Assembly (NCBI GenBank): GCA_014190535.1
Contig: BJGO01000002.1
Span: forward strand, 1 to 45,600
Length of the DNA: 45,600 nucleotides
Direction: 5' to 3'
Source: Bacteroidota bacterium
Lineage (GTDB): Bacteria; Bacteroidota; Bacteroidia; Chitinophagales; UBA10324
The notes under the pieces are model-generated. The model was not told the origin of the DNA. It saw only the letters and a list, made by a program, of their open reading frames with translations, and searched no databases. Position 1 is the first letter of the stretch; every line of letters begins with the position of its first letter. Below are positions 18,646 through 27,454 of the stretch, piece by piece. A program made the position numbers and the translations under genes.

Positions 18646-19171
18646 CAGTTTCTCCTCGGCGAATCAGTTCAAAAGCGGAAATGAAAATAGCAGTGAATAT
18701 TAAGTCACTGACCAGGGATGACTGAAAGAAGGGTAGTGCGGCCATATAGGACTGTATCTGGCCGTCCCAGTTTTGAGCGTATAGTTCAGGCCCGTACCAG
18801 ATAACAAGATTAGTAACCAGGTAAAATAGAACGGAACTGATTATAGAACCGGCAAGTATGTGTGCCACTTGTTTCCCGGAAACATAGATCCCTATCAATG
18901 TGGCCATCGATAGAGCTACATAAACTACAAGCATCCCATCGTGCAAACCAATTATCAGGTCGCTGATGAACATTGCACTCAAGGGTATGATAAATGAAAA
19001 ACGTTTATCGTGATAGGCATAACCGGCGAACAATGCCATAGCAGTTATGGGTGAAAAGTTCCACATCTGGAGTTTATTGAAAATGATACGCAGTAATACA
19101 GCAGATAAAACCAGTATGGTGGCAACGATAACGTTTTTGTTGAGTTTTTTCATGTTTTGTGAAGTATTCAA
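18629..19171 (-). CDS. Integral membrane protein (5-6 TM), possibly an ECF-S-component-like small transporter
   Basis: 180 aa and almost entirely hydrophobic helices. There are no catalytic motifs, so the family assignment is uncertain. The 3' end overlaps the convergent transpeptidase gene by 17 nt. Confidence 0.5.
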   Translation of the reverse strand: MNTSQNMKKLNKNVIVATILVLSAVLLRIIFNKLQMWNFSPITAMALFAGYAYHDKRFSFIIPLSAMFISDLIIGLHDGMLVVYVALSMATLIGIYVSGKQVAHILAGSIISSVLFYLVTNLVIWYGPELYAQNWDGQIQSYMAALPFFQSSLVSDLIFTAIFISAFELIRRGETATERA

Positions 19172-19314
19172 AGTGCTAAAGTAGTTAAAGATTGAAAATT
19201 AGAATACAGATATTAATACCGTATATACGTGGCGCACATCTTTACACCATATCTTCTTAAAACATAGTTTATCTATCAGCAAATAATACATAAATTTATG
19301 GGCAATAAAGGATT

Positions 19315-20589
19315 ATGAATACAAAAACACTTTTGCAGATTGTTATTTTGTTTTTTGCCTCGCTATCCTATACAATTGCTCAGATTATTCCGGTGGAGTA
19401 TCAGGGCCAGGTGACCTTATCTAATGGGAATCCGGTAAGTGGAGTTCCTGTGCTGGTTTCCGGAGATATGGGTACAACGTTTCAGGCGGCCGGTTTTACA
19501 AATGTATCCGGGTACTATTCCGGCGTATTGAACGTTGCTCAAGCGTCAACGTATTTTTTAGCTCAGATTATTGGATGCAACAACAACTATGTAACAACGG
19601 TTTTTAACTGGAATGGTGCCGATACATCCGTTTTGTTCTCGCCTTTGGTTTATTGTAATACAGTTAGTGATACGTTTTCCTTGTGTATTAATGCATTTGT
19701 TACCGATACCAATTCATTGAATGCAAACACCTATGCCATTTATCTTATTCAATCAGCAACAACAGCAAGTGGTGATAGTCTCTACCTGGTGAATACCGAT
19801 ACCATCAATGCCGGAACATTTGCCTGTTTTGACAATCTGGTGGGTACATTTTATGCAAAGGCAATGATGTTGCCCGGTTCATCCGACTATGGCAGTTATG
19901 TGCCTACTTATCAGAGCAATGCCTTTTTGTGGGGTAATGCCTCGGCATTGAATAGTAACAGTCAGTCTTATCAGAATATCAACATGATACCCGGAACACC
20001 TGCAAACGGACCCGGATTTATAGGAGGACTTGTTACACAGGGAGCAAACAGACTGGAGTCTGAAAACGCAGTTGGTGACCCAATTCCCGGAGTCGATATT
20101 ATCCTCACTAATTCATCTGGTCTCGCCGTTAAACACGTCCAAACTGATCAGAATGGAATGTACAGTTTCAGTAATCTCGAATATGGGCTCTATCAATTAT
20201 GTGCGGATGTGTTAAATAAACCTTGCATAGCGCCTATAGTTGTAAATATTGCTGCCGGCCAGGATTCGGTAACCAATACACAATTTAGTGTGGGCGCAGA
20301 TGCAGTTTTCGGATGGTTTACAAATAGCCCTGTTGTTGCTGGCCAAGTCCCCATAATTCGCTTTATCGAGAATCCGGTTCATCAGGCTGTGCGATTATAC
20401 AATTCATCTTCTCAGCTTATTACTGCTGAAATCACAATCACCGATATAACCGGAAGAGTATACCATAATCAGGTTTATGAATTAAACAGGGAACTAACAA
20501 TCAACGCTGAACCTTTGTCAAGTGGCTTGTACTTGATACGTTGTAAAGTGGCGGGAGAATATCAGCACTTCAAGTTTGTAAAACAATAA
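19315..20589 (+). CDS. T9SS-secreted protein with carboxypeptidase-regulatory/SdrD-B-like domain
   Basis: Signal peptide. DPIPGVDIILTNSSGLAVKHVQTDQNGMYSFSNLEYGLYQL is a CarboxypepD_reg/Cna-B-like beta-sandwich. The C-terminal sorting domain is ENPVHQAVRLYN...ITGRVYHNQ...GLYLIRCKV...FKFVKQ. Confidence 0.7.
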   Translation: MNTKTLLQIVILFFASLSYTIAQIIPVEYQGQVTLSNGNPVSGVPVLVSGDMGTTFQAAGFTNVSGYYSGVLNVAQASTYFLAQIIGCNNNYVTTVFNWNGADTSVLFSPLVYCNTVSDTFSLCINAFVTDTNSLNANTYAIYLIQSATTASGDSLYLVNTDTINAGTFACFDNLVGTFYAKAMMLPGSSDYGSYVPTYQSNAFLWGNASALNSNSQSYQNINMIPGTPANGPGFIGGLVTQGANRLESENAVGDPIPGVDIILTNSSGLAVKHVQTDQNGMYSFSNLEYGLYQLCADVLNKPCIAPIVVNIAAGQDSVTNTQFSVGADAVFGWFTNSPVVAGQVPIIRFIENPVHQAVRLYNSSSQLITAEITITDITGRVYHNQVYELNRELTINAEPLSSGLYLIRCKVAGEYQHFKFVKQ

Positions 20590-20617
20590 TCGAATACGGT
20601 TAAGTTGTCTATAAATA

Positions 20618-21688
20618 TTATGGACTAACAACGTTTATGCTTACGAGTGCATAAAAGGTGTTACCTATTGTATTTATCATAGCATAAGGTTGATTGCCAA
20701 AGAAACCTCTGAAAAATTCATTTCCGCCGCTAACGTCATCAACATTAAATCCATAATTATAGCGAAACCCGGTTTGTACACTCAGCCAGATAAACTGATA
20801 CAAAGAGAATTCATACATAGCCCTAAAACGAAGTTCACTACGTCGGATTTCGAGATTATCAAAATCACTGGGTAAGGTGTTTCGTGAATTTATTTTATAG
20901 CTGTTGCCTTCCAGTTCGTAACCTACGAAAAACATATTTCTTGAATTTATAGTCCGACGAACGTGTGCCCGGGCCGGAAATAATACTTCAGTCCCCCACT
21001 TGCGATTCAATGAGGTCCAGTTCCAAAGAATTATGGGGATATAATTCATTTCTCCTACACGGTAGGTTCGTGAAAGCCCTACACCAAACATCCTCCGGTC
21101 ACCGGTTTTCCATCCGAAAATCGCCGCTCCGCTGTATCGGAGCAATCGTAATGAAGGTATGGTGTTGAATCCGTAGTCGCCATTTAAATCGGCTGAGGCC
21201 TGCGCTATGATGAAATTACGTTCGTTGAGGGGTTTGAAAATTGTAGTATTCAGTCCTGTACTTCGTAGTCCGTTTCGGCTAAGATTTGTAGATAACAGAT
21301 TGTCCGTTGGGGTATTGTCGATTTGATAGCGCTGTTCAAGATAATTAGCGCCTAGCTGCACAATGATATTATTGCGTGATATCACGGGTATATTGGCCAT
21401 TAACCTCAAACCTTGAGAATAATTTGTGCGCACAGTTGTTGGCGCATACGTACCGATCGTATCTGAATTTATTGCATAGCCACCCTGAAAATCATATCCT
21501 ATGCTGATTAGTTTCTGTGGACTCAGATCAAAAATTTTAGATGTACAGAAACGTTTTGCGTTTCCGTCGGCAAAACTTAAGTTGTCATAATTTTCTTCTT
21601 CTTCGGGTATTAATGTTGTGCTGTCGGTGATTTGTGCAGATGCAGTAAAGCAGATCAGCAATAAGAGAATTAAAGCAGTGAACTTCAT
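20618..21688 (-). CDS. Putative outer-membrane beta-barrel protein
   Basis: Signal peptide MKFTALILLLLICFTASAQ. Alternating hydrophobic/aromatic beta-strand pattern throughout, 356 aa. It starts 1 nt after the DUF2147-like gene. Confidence 0.5.
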   Translation of the reverse strand: MKFTALILLLLICFTASAQITDSTTLIPEEEENYDNLSFADGNAKRFCTSKIFDLSPQKLISIGYDFQGGYAINSDTIGTYAPTTVRTNYSQGLRLMANIPVISRNNIIVQLGANYLEQRYQIDNTPTDNLLSTNLSRNGLRSTGLNTTIFKPLNERNFIIAQASADLNGDYGFNTIPSLRLLRYSGAAIFGWKTGDRRMFGVGLSRTYRVGEMNYIPIILWNWTSLNRKWGTEVLFPARAHVRRTINSRNMFFVGYELEGNSYKINSRNTLPSDFDNLEIRRSELRFRAMYEFSLYQFIWLSVQTGFRYNYGFNVDDVSGGNEFFRGFFGNQPYAMINTIGNTFYALVSINVVSP

Positions 21689-21689
21689 G

Positions 21690-22163
21690 TTAATTAGATT
21701 TTATCTCTTGCTTCGCTATTTCGAGGCGTTTCCATACATCGGTTCTTCCTAAGGCCGAAACCCCAATATAGCCCCTGATATCGAGGGTATTTTTATCCTT
21801 CATTTTAATGGTACAATTGTATGTACTGCCATTTTCAGGGTCGTAAATAGTACCGTCTTCCCATAATGCTTTACTCTTAAATTCAAAGTCTTTAAGTAAA
21901 CGATATCCTTTTAAGGGCACGGTTCGCATGCTTTCATCCGGATTATTCTTATCTACTTTAGGTTGTTTGTTCACCGGATCAAGGGGTTCCTTGAGCCATA
22001 CTATTTTACCATAGTACTTATTTCCGATTTTTTCAATTTTTACGCGAGCCTTGCCACTGCTGGGTTCCCAGATGCCAATCAAATCATCTCCATTATCCTG
22101 GGCCTTACAAAAGAGGATACTGCAAATGAGCAGAGTAGTTAAAGCAAAAAACTTGTTTATCAT
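21690..22163 (-). CDS. DUF2147-like periplasmic protein
   Basis: Signal peptide followed by DLIGIWEPSSGKARVKIEKIGNKYYGKIVWLKEP...DKNNPD...G...L, the characteristic DUF2147 pattern; 157 aa. Confidence 0.7.
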   Translation of the reverse strand: MINKFFALTTLLICSILFCKAQDNGDDLIGIWEPSSGKARVKIEKIGNKYYGKIVWLKEPLDPVNKQPKVDKNNPDESMRTVPLKGYRLLKDFEFKSKALWEDGTIYDPENGSTYNCTIKMKDKNTLDIRGYIGVSALGRTDVWKRLEIAKQEIKSN

Positions 22164-22168
22164 AGTAT

Positions 22169-22687
22169 TTATTTTTTAATGGTTACTTCAAAGGTTAGTG
22201 ATGCCTTAAACCGAATAGGTGTTTCCAGATCTTTTTTTACATTGACATCGGCTATCAGATAAATGGAGGGCTGTTTGAAAGCCTCTGCCGCATCGGCTTC
22301 TTCAGCAAGCGTCATGTTTAATTGATCAAGACCGGTTGGTACAGGATTTACAACGGCAAACTGTGCCATTTCAGTTTTATCGGAACTGATTTGTAATACA
22401 ATACTGTTTACATTGTCGAAATGAGAAGTGTCTGTTGTTTGCAGAGAGGCTTTTACCAGTTTCACTTTTTTAATCTGATCTTCGGTTAATTGATTCAATC
22501 CGGCAGCGGATGCCAGTTCGAGCGCGTGTTTATTTTGAAGCGTGTTGGATCCTTCAAATACCATATCATCAGATACAAATTCCAGATCTTTGATTTCATA
22601 CGTTATCACCACTTTCTCGCGCATACAACTGACGAGAAACAGGCAAACAATCAGTATAGGAATAAACCGGTGTGTTTTTTTAATCAT
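22169..22687 (-). CDS. Lipoprotein, unknown function
   Basis: Lipobox-like LFLVSC after a basic N-terminus; 172 aa. It is the first gene of a tightly packed trio (gaps of 5 and 1 nt). Confidence 0.55.
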   Translation of the reverse strand: MIKKTHRFIPILIVCLFLVSCMREKVVITYEIKDLEFVSDDMVFEGSNTLQNKHALELASAAGLNQLTEDQIKKVKLVKASLQTTDTSHFDNVNSIVLQISSDKTEMAQFAVVNPVPTGLDQLNMTLAEEADAAEAFKQPSIYLIADVNVKKDLETPIRFKASLTFEVTIKK

Positions 22688-22750
22688 AGTTAGTGATTTT
22701 AATCTACGGGTTAAAGTAAGGAGTTCAATTTAATATTTTTAGAATACTAA

Positions 22751-23869
22751 TCAACATTCATATTGTATAGACCGGCACAAGGATTTGATTTCGTCTACGG
22801 AGTTGAAACTGTGCAGTATGACCCGAAGTCGCTCTGTTCCCTCGGGTACGGTTGGCGATAGGATTGGTCTAATGTCGAACCCATTCTTTTGCAAAATCTG
22901 AGCCAAACGAATAGCGTTTGAGTTGCCCGGGATAGGTACGGCCTTTATGGGCGTTGGTGTTGTGCAATTCATCAATTCATTATAGACTGAAATGGAGTTA
23001 CTTAATGTATAACGTGATTCATCTGCCGCAAACATATACTCCAGACAGGTACGCAACATCAATATTTCCAGGGGAGGTAGAGCCGTTGAATAGATAAAGG
23101 GACGTGAGAAGTTTATCAGATATTCTATCAAATCTCTGGAGCCTAAGATGCAGGCACCATGAAATCCGGCCGCTTTACCAAATGTGTGTATGCGTGCAAA
23201 CACATCCTCTCTTAAGCCAAGCTCATCTACAAGGCCCTTTCCCGAAGTGCCTCGAATACCGAGTGCGTGCGCCTCATCTACAATTAACGAGGCCTGATAT
23301 TTTTTACATATAGCCGCTATGGACCGTAAATCGGCGATATCTCCATCCATCGAGTACACGGACTCTACAACGACATAAGTTAGTCCCTTGGATTGCCTGA
23401 GTTTCGCTTCAAGATCGTCAATTTGATTATGGGCAAACTTGAATCGGTTGGCATAACTCAGACGCATACCATCGATGATACTTGCATGAACCAACTCATC
23501 GCTAATTAAGGTATCATGCCGCTGTGCGATGCACGACAACAAACCCACATTAGCATCATAGCCTGAGTTGAAAAGTAAACCGGCTTCGGCATTATGAATA
23601 CCGGCATACCATCGTTCAAATGATTCAGCCTCAGGACTATTACCACTCAATAATCGGGAACCGGTACTCCCGTTATTTACCGTTGCTTGCTCATGCAATT
23701 TCAAATAATGTGCGTGCAGTTCACGATGTCTTGCGATACCGAGGTAGTCGTTCGAAGTAAAATCGATGCCTGTTACTAATGTTCTTAATGAACGGAGTAA
23801 TTGGTTTTCTCGGCGTTCATTCAACTTTTCTCTTAAATACGTGACCACAGGGTTATCCCTCATAGTCAT
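22751..23869 (-). CDS. bioF: 8-amino-7-oxononanoate synthase
   Basis: Class-II aminotransferase fold with PLP-Lys motif HTFGKAAG and DEAHALG. ATG at 23869 shares one nt with the bioB stop (TGATG). GTG at 23872 is an alternative start. Confidence 0.9.
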   Translation of the reverse strand: MTMRDNPVVTYLREKLNERRENQLLRSLRTLVTGIDFTSNDYLGIARHRELHAHYLKLHEQATVNNGSTGSRLLSGNSPEAESFERWYAGIHNAEAGLLFNSGYDANVGLLSCIAQRHDTLISDELVHASIIDGMRLSYANRFKFAHNQIDDLEAKLRQSKGLTYVVVESVYSMDGDIADLRSIAAICKKYQASLIVDEAHALGIRGTSGKGLVDELGLREDVFARIHTFGKAAGFHGACILGSRDLIEYLINFSRPFIYSTALPPLEILMLRTCLEYMFAADESRYTLSNSISVYNELMNCTTPTPIKAVPIPGNSNAIRLAQILQKNGFDIRPILSPTVPEGTERLRVILHSFNSVDEIKSLCRSIQYEC

Positions 23870-24867
23870 CACAGTTGAGCGTGTTCGGAATGATTATGTG
23901 TTATCACATCTTTAAAGGGCTTACGTGCTGTGAGTCCGAGAAGTTCAAACATATTCATGTCCTCCTCAAAGGATGGGTTGTCGGTTGTCAATAACTTATC
24001 ACCTGCGAATATAGAATTTGCTCCGGCCATAAAACAAAGAGCCTGTTCTGCCATGCTCATCTCTCGGCGGCCGGCAGATAATCGCACGACTGATTTGGGT
24101 AGCACCAAGCGCGTTGTAGCAATCATTCGAACCATATCGTGAAAAGGAACGCGTGGTTGGTTTTCCAGTGGTGTTCCCTGTACCGGCACTAATGCATTAA
24201 TGGGAACCGATTCCGGATGCTTGGGCAGATTAGCTAATAGGAGCAGCATGTTGATTCGGTCACTGTCTTTTTCGCCTAATCCTACAATGCCGCCACTGCA
24301 TATCGTCAGATTTGCCTTACGCACATGATCCAGTGTTTTTAATCGGTCATCAATTGTTCGCGTGGTTATAATCTCACCATAATGCTCACTGCTGGTATCG
24401 ATGTTATGATTATAGGCATACAAGCCGGCCTCAGCCAAACGTTGCGCCTGTTCGTAGGTAAGCATACCCAGCGTACAGCATACTTCCATACCAATATCAT
24501 TAATACCTCTGACCATATCCAGCACGCGATCAAAATCACGATTATCTCTGACTTCACGCCATGCCGCACCAAGACACATTCTTGACACGCCGGCTTCTTT
24601 AGCCTGTTTTGCCGTTGCTAGCACTTCCTCCTGTTTTAAGAGGGCGTGCACATCTATCTCGGTGTGATAACGCGCGGCTTGAGGACAGTAGGCACAATCT
24701 TCAGGACAGCCTCCTGATTTAATATTTACCAAACTACTAATTTGCACCTCTGCATAATTCTTATGCTCACGATGCACAGTGGCGGCCTCATAAATAAGGT
24801 CGAGCAATGGCTTATGATAGATGGCGGCAATTTCATCAAAGGTCCAGTTGTTACGTACGATACTCAT
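23869..24867 (-). CDS. bioB: Biotin synthase (radical SAM)
   Basis: Radical-SAM cluster motif [10 protein letters not shown] and NHNIDTS; 332 aa. Confidence 0.95.
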   Translation of the reverse strand: MSIVRNNWTFDEIAAIYHKPLLDLIYEAATVHREHKNYAEVQISSLVNIKSGGCPEDCAYCPQAARYHTEIDVHALLKQEEVLATAKQAKEAGVSRMCLGAAWREVRDNRDFDRVLDMVRGINDIGMEVCCTLGMLTYEQAQRLAEAGLYAYNHNIDTSSEHYGEIITTRTIDDRLKTLDHVRKANLTICSGGIVGLGEKDSDRINMLLLLANLPKHPESVPINALVPVQGTPLENQPRVPFHDMVRMIATTRLVLPKSVVRLSAGRREMSMAEQALCFMAGANSIFAGDKLLTTDNPSFEEDMNMFELLGLTARKPFKDVITHNHSEHAQL

Positions 24868-24915
24868 ACGTGCAAACCTAATATAAGTATATCGAATACA
24901 GAAAAGTTAACGGGG

Positions 24916-25488
24916 TTAGGGCAGTTCTTTTTGCATTAAACCTTCAATGAGCTTATGCATATGAAAAGGCTTAACGGTACGCCAGTCCACTTCATTCAAC
25001 TGATTGCCAAATTTTACATAATGGTGGATTCTTGCCGTTTTCATTTCGTCAAGCACATGTTGATGAAAGTTTACAAAAGCAATATAGCCGTTATGCTCAT
25101 TAATATCGTCATACCATTCTTCATAATAGCAATCATCGCTGGCATGAAAATTCAGTACATGTTCACCGATGACAATAAACTTAGAGATGCCAGCATTCAT
25201 CATTGGGTTGATAATATCTGTTTTTAAAAACATGATATCATTTCCAATAGCATCATTCCACTCACCAATCATTTCAATGATGACATATCCTTTTTCGTAG
25301 TCTGCAAAGAGCACCTTGATGTAAAGAGTAGATGAGCCGAATTCATCCCATTGAGGATGGATATAGAAGTTATATATCGTATTACTGAACTCGAATTCGC
25401 TATAGGTTCGGCCATAAAATGGTGAGTGTTCATCGTCTTCAGAACTGTAATAGTCGCGCCAGAGGTAATATGGTTCTATGGTATGCAC
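24916..25488 (-). CDS. Conserved hypothetical protein (possible STAS-like core)
   Basis: 190 aa with an acidic/aromatic N-terminus. GYVIIEMIGEWNDAIGNDIMFLKTDIINPMMNAGISKFIVIGEHVLNFHASD resembles a STAS/anti-sigma-antagonist-like alpha/beta unit. This is weak. Confidence 0.4.
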   Translation of the reverse strand: MHTIEPYYLWRDYYSSEDDEHSPFYGRTYSEFEFSNTIYNFYIHPQWDEFGSSTLYIKVLFADYEKGYVIIEMIGEWNDAIGNDIMFLKTDIINPMMNAGISKFIVIGEHVLNFHASDDCYYEEWYDDINEHNGYIAFVNFHQHVLDEMKTARIHHYVKFGNQLNEVDWRTVKPFHMHKLIEGLMQKELP

Positions 25489-25589
25489 GGGAATACGGGT
25501 ACAAAATTACAGATGCTCTGGCAAATCAATTACAAAATATTAAATGTTTCATATGTGAGATAACATCGATGATTTCGTTTGTGAAAACT

Positions 25590-25597
25590 TATATTTG
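25590..25597 (+). promoter_or_regulatory. Candidate Bacteroidota -7 promoter box (TAnnTTTG) for the MbnP-like/MbnH-like operon
   Basis: TATATTTG at 25590..25597, 19 nt upstream of the preferred ATG (25616). Confidence 0.4.
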
Positions 25598-25615
25598 ATA
25601 GACAAAATTGAACGA

Positions 25616-26353
25616 ATGAAACCTGGTTTAATTCTTTTGCTACTATGCACGTTGTTCATAGCCTGTAAACCCGATCAATCGGATACACAAGGTGTATCTG
25701 ATTTGATTATTAAAGTCAATAATAGTGTGGGAAATCAGGCGGTTCAATATGGTCAAATGATTTATATGAATAATGCCGGTAATAAGTACAAAGTGAATCT
25801 ACTTAAATATTACCTCTCTAACTTCGTGTTCACCCAAGAAGATGGTTCACAATTCAGAGCTTCTAATTACGAATTAATTGATGCATTTGATTCTACGACC
25901 TGTTATCTACAGTTTAAAAACGTGCCTCAAGGTAAATACACGTCCCTGCAATTCAGTGTAGGTATTGACTCTATGCGTAACCATACCGGTTTGCAGGAAG
26001 ATGACCTGGATCCCTTACACGGCATGATTTGGACATGGAATACCGGATATATTTTCTTTAAACATGAAGGGCAGTTTTTAGATGCTAATATGTCACCTCA
26101 ACAACTACTGTATCATTTTGGAACGGACAAAGCATACACGCAGATTCAATTAGCGCTTCCATCCGTCGATGTACGTGATGCCAGCAAAACACTCCATATT
26201 GACTTTGATTTAAATGCTTTGTATAATACACCCAATGAAATCAACTTTATCGATAATAACATTCACGAAAGTTTATCTGCTGATGATAGCAAATGGATGA
26301 AAGAGATGCAGGACAATTTCAAACAATCCTTCAGTTTTATAAAAGTTGAATAG
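25616..26353 (+). CDS. MbnP-like (WxW-motif) periplasmic lipoprotein, putative copper-binding partner of the downstream di-haem peroxidase
   Basis: Lipoprotein signal MKPGLILLLLCTLFIAC. HGMIWTWNTGYIFFKHEG contains the WxW motif (WTW at nt 26030..26038). The downstream di-haem enzyme starts immediately after the TAG stop (26351..26353), at ATG 26354. The track ORF starts at TTG 25595; ATG 25616 is preferred. Confidence 0.6.
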   Translation: MKPGLILLLLCTLFIACKPDQSDTQGVSDLIIKVNNSVGNQAVQYGQMIYMNNAGNKYKVNLLKYYLSNFVFTQEDGSQFRASNYELIDAFDSTTCYLQFKNVPQGKYTSLQFSVGIDSMRNHTGLQEDDLDPLHGMIWTWNTGYIFFKHEGQFLDANMSPQQLLYHFGTDKAYTQIQLALPSVDVRDASKTLHIDFDLNALYNTPNEINFIDNNIHESLSADDSKWMKEMQDNFKQSFSFIKVE

Positions 26354-27403
26354 ATGAAGAATTTTTTCAGGTATTGCGCTATTGGTATTTTGATGGTATC
26401 ATCCTGTAAGGTCGATCCATCGATTGATCCTGAGTTATTGCCTCATACGCATTCCCACGATTTATCGATACCGGAGGGATTGCCCGATATGATTATTCCA
26501 ACAAACAATCCATTGACCGAGGAGGGCATAGCCCTTGGTCGTAAATTGTTTTATGACCCTATTTTATCTAAGGATGGCACTATTTCCTGTGCTTCCTGTC
26601 ACAGACAATCTTTTGCATTTTCTGACACTTCCATTCAGTTTAGTTTGGGTATTGATGGCCTTGAGGGTACACGAAATGCAATGCCCTTGTTTAATTTGGG
26701 TTATCAGAAAAAATTCTTTTGGGATGGAGGAGCCGCCTCGCTGGAGGATCAGGTCATTGCCCCGATTCAAAATCCGGTAGAAATGCATGAAACATTGTCC
26801 GGTGTTCTCAGCAAACTGCAATCACATCCCGAATATCCGGCTTTATTTCAAAAAGCATTTGCATCCTCTCAGATCACCACCACCATGTTAATGAAGGCTA
26901 TTGCTCAGTTTGAGCGAACCATGATTTCCGGTAACAGTAAATTTGATCAGTACCTAAGAGGCCAAGCCACACTCAGCCAACAGGAACAACTCGGTATGAA
27001 TCTGTATATGCAGGAGGATAAGGGGGATTGTTTTCACTGTCATACCCTTGGTAGTACTTTTAGCGACTTTGAATTCAGGAATAATGGGTTGGATGCTGTA
27101 CCGGTTGATCCGGGTCGTTACCTTGTCACGTTAAATGAATCTGATAGGGGTAAATTTAAAACCCCGTCGCTTCGAAATATTGAGGTTACAGCTCCATATA
27201 TGCACGACGGACGATTCAGTACACTTCAAGAGGTCTTGAATCACTATAACTCCGGATTTATTGTAAATGAGCTTACGGATCCCAATCTCGCCATACTCTC
27301 CAAGAACCGGATGACACAACAAGAGATGGATGCTATTATAGCATTTCTTAAAACACTCACAGACTACGAGTTTCTTACTAATCCCCGATTTTCTAAACCC
27401 TGA
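26354..27403 (+). CDS. Di-haem cytochrome c peroxidase family protein (MbnH/MauG-like)
   Basis: Two CXXCH motifs: CASCH (nt 26588..26602) and CFHCH (nt 27029..27043). FKTPSLRNIEVTAPYMHDG is the CCP/MauG signature. N-terminal signal or lipoprotein sequence. Confidence 0.85.
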   Translation: MKNFFRYCAIGILMVSSCKVDPSIDPELLPHTHSHDLSIPEGLPDMIIPTNNPLTEEGIALGRKLFYDPILSKDGTISCASCHRQSFAFSDTSIQFSLGIDGLEGTRNAMPLFNLGYQKKFFWDGGAASLEDQVIAPIQNPVEMHETLSGVLSKLQSHPEYPALFQKAFASSQITTTMLMKAIAQFERTMISGNSKFDQYLRGQATLSQQEQLGMNLYMQEDKGDCFHCHTLGSTFSDFEFRNNGLDAVPVDPGRYLVTLNESDRGKFKTPSLRNIEVTAPYMHDGRFSTLQEVLNHYNSGFIVNELTDPNLAILSKNRMTQQEMDAIIAFLKTLTDYEFLTNPRFSKP

Positions 27404-27454
27404 ACCGGTATCATCTATATGCTTGAATTCATAATCTCAGGTCGTAAACATCAA

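Noticed and set aside
19172-19314. Divergent 143-nt region upstream of the 180-aa membrane protein as a possible riboswitch
   Set aside because: I could recognise no conserved riboswitch sequence elements. The region is short and is shared with the divergent T9SS cargo promoter.
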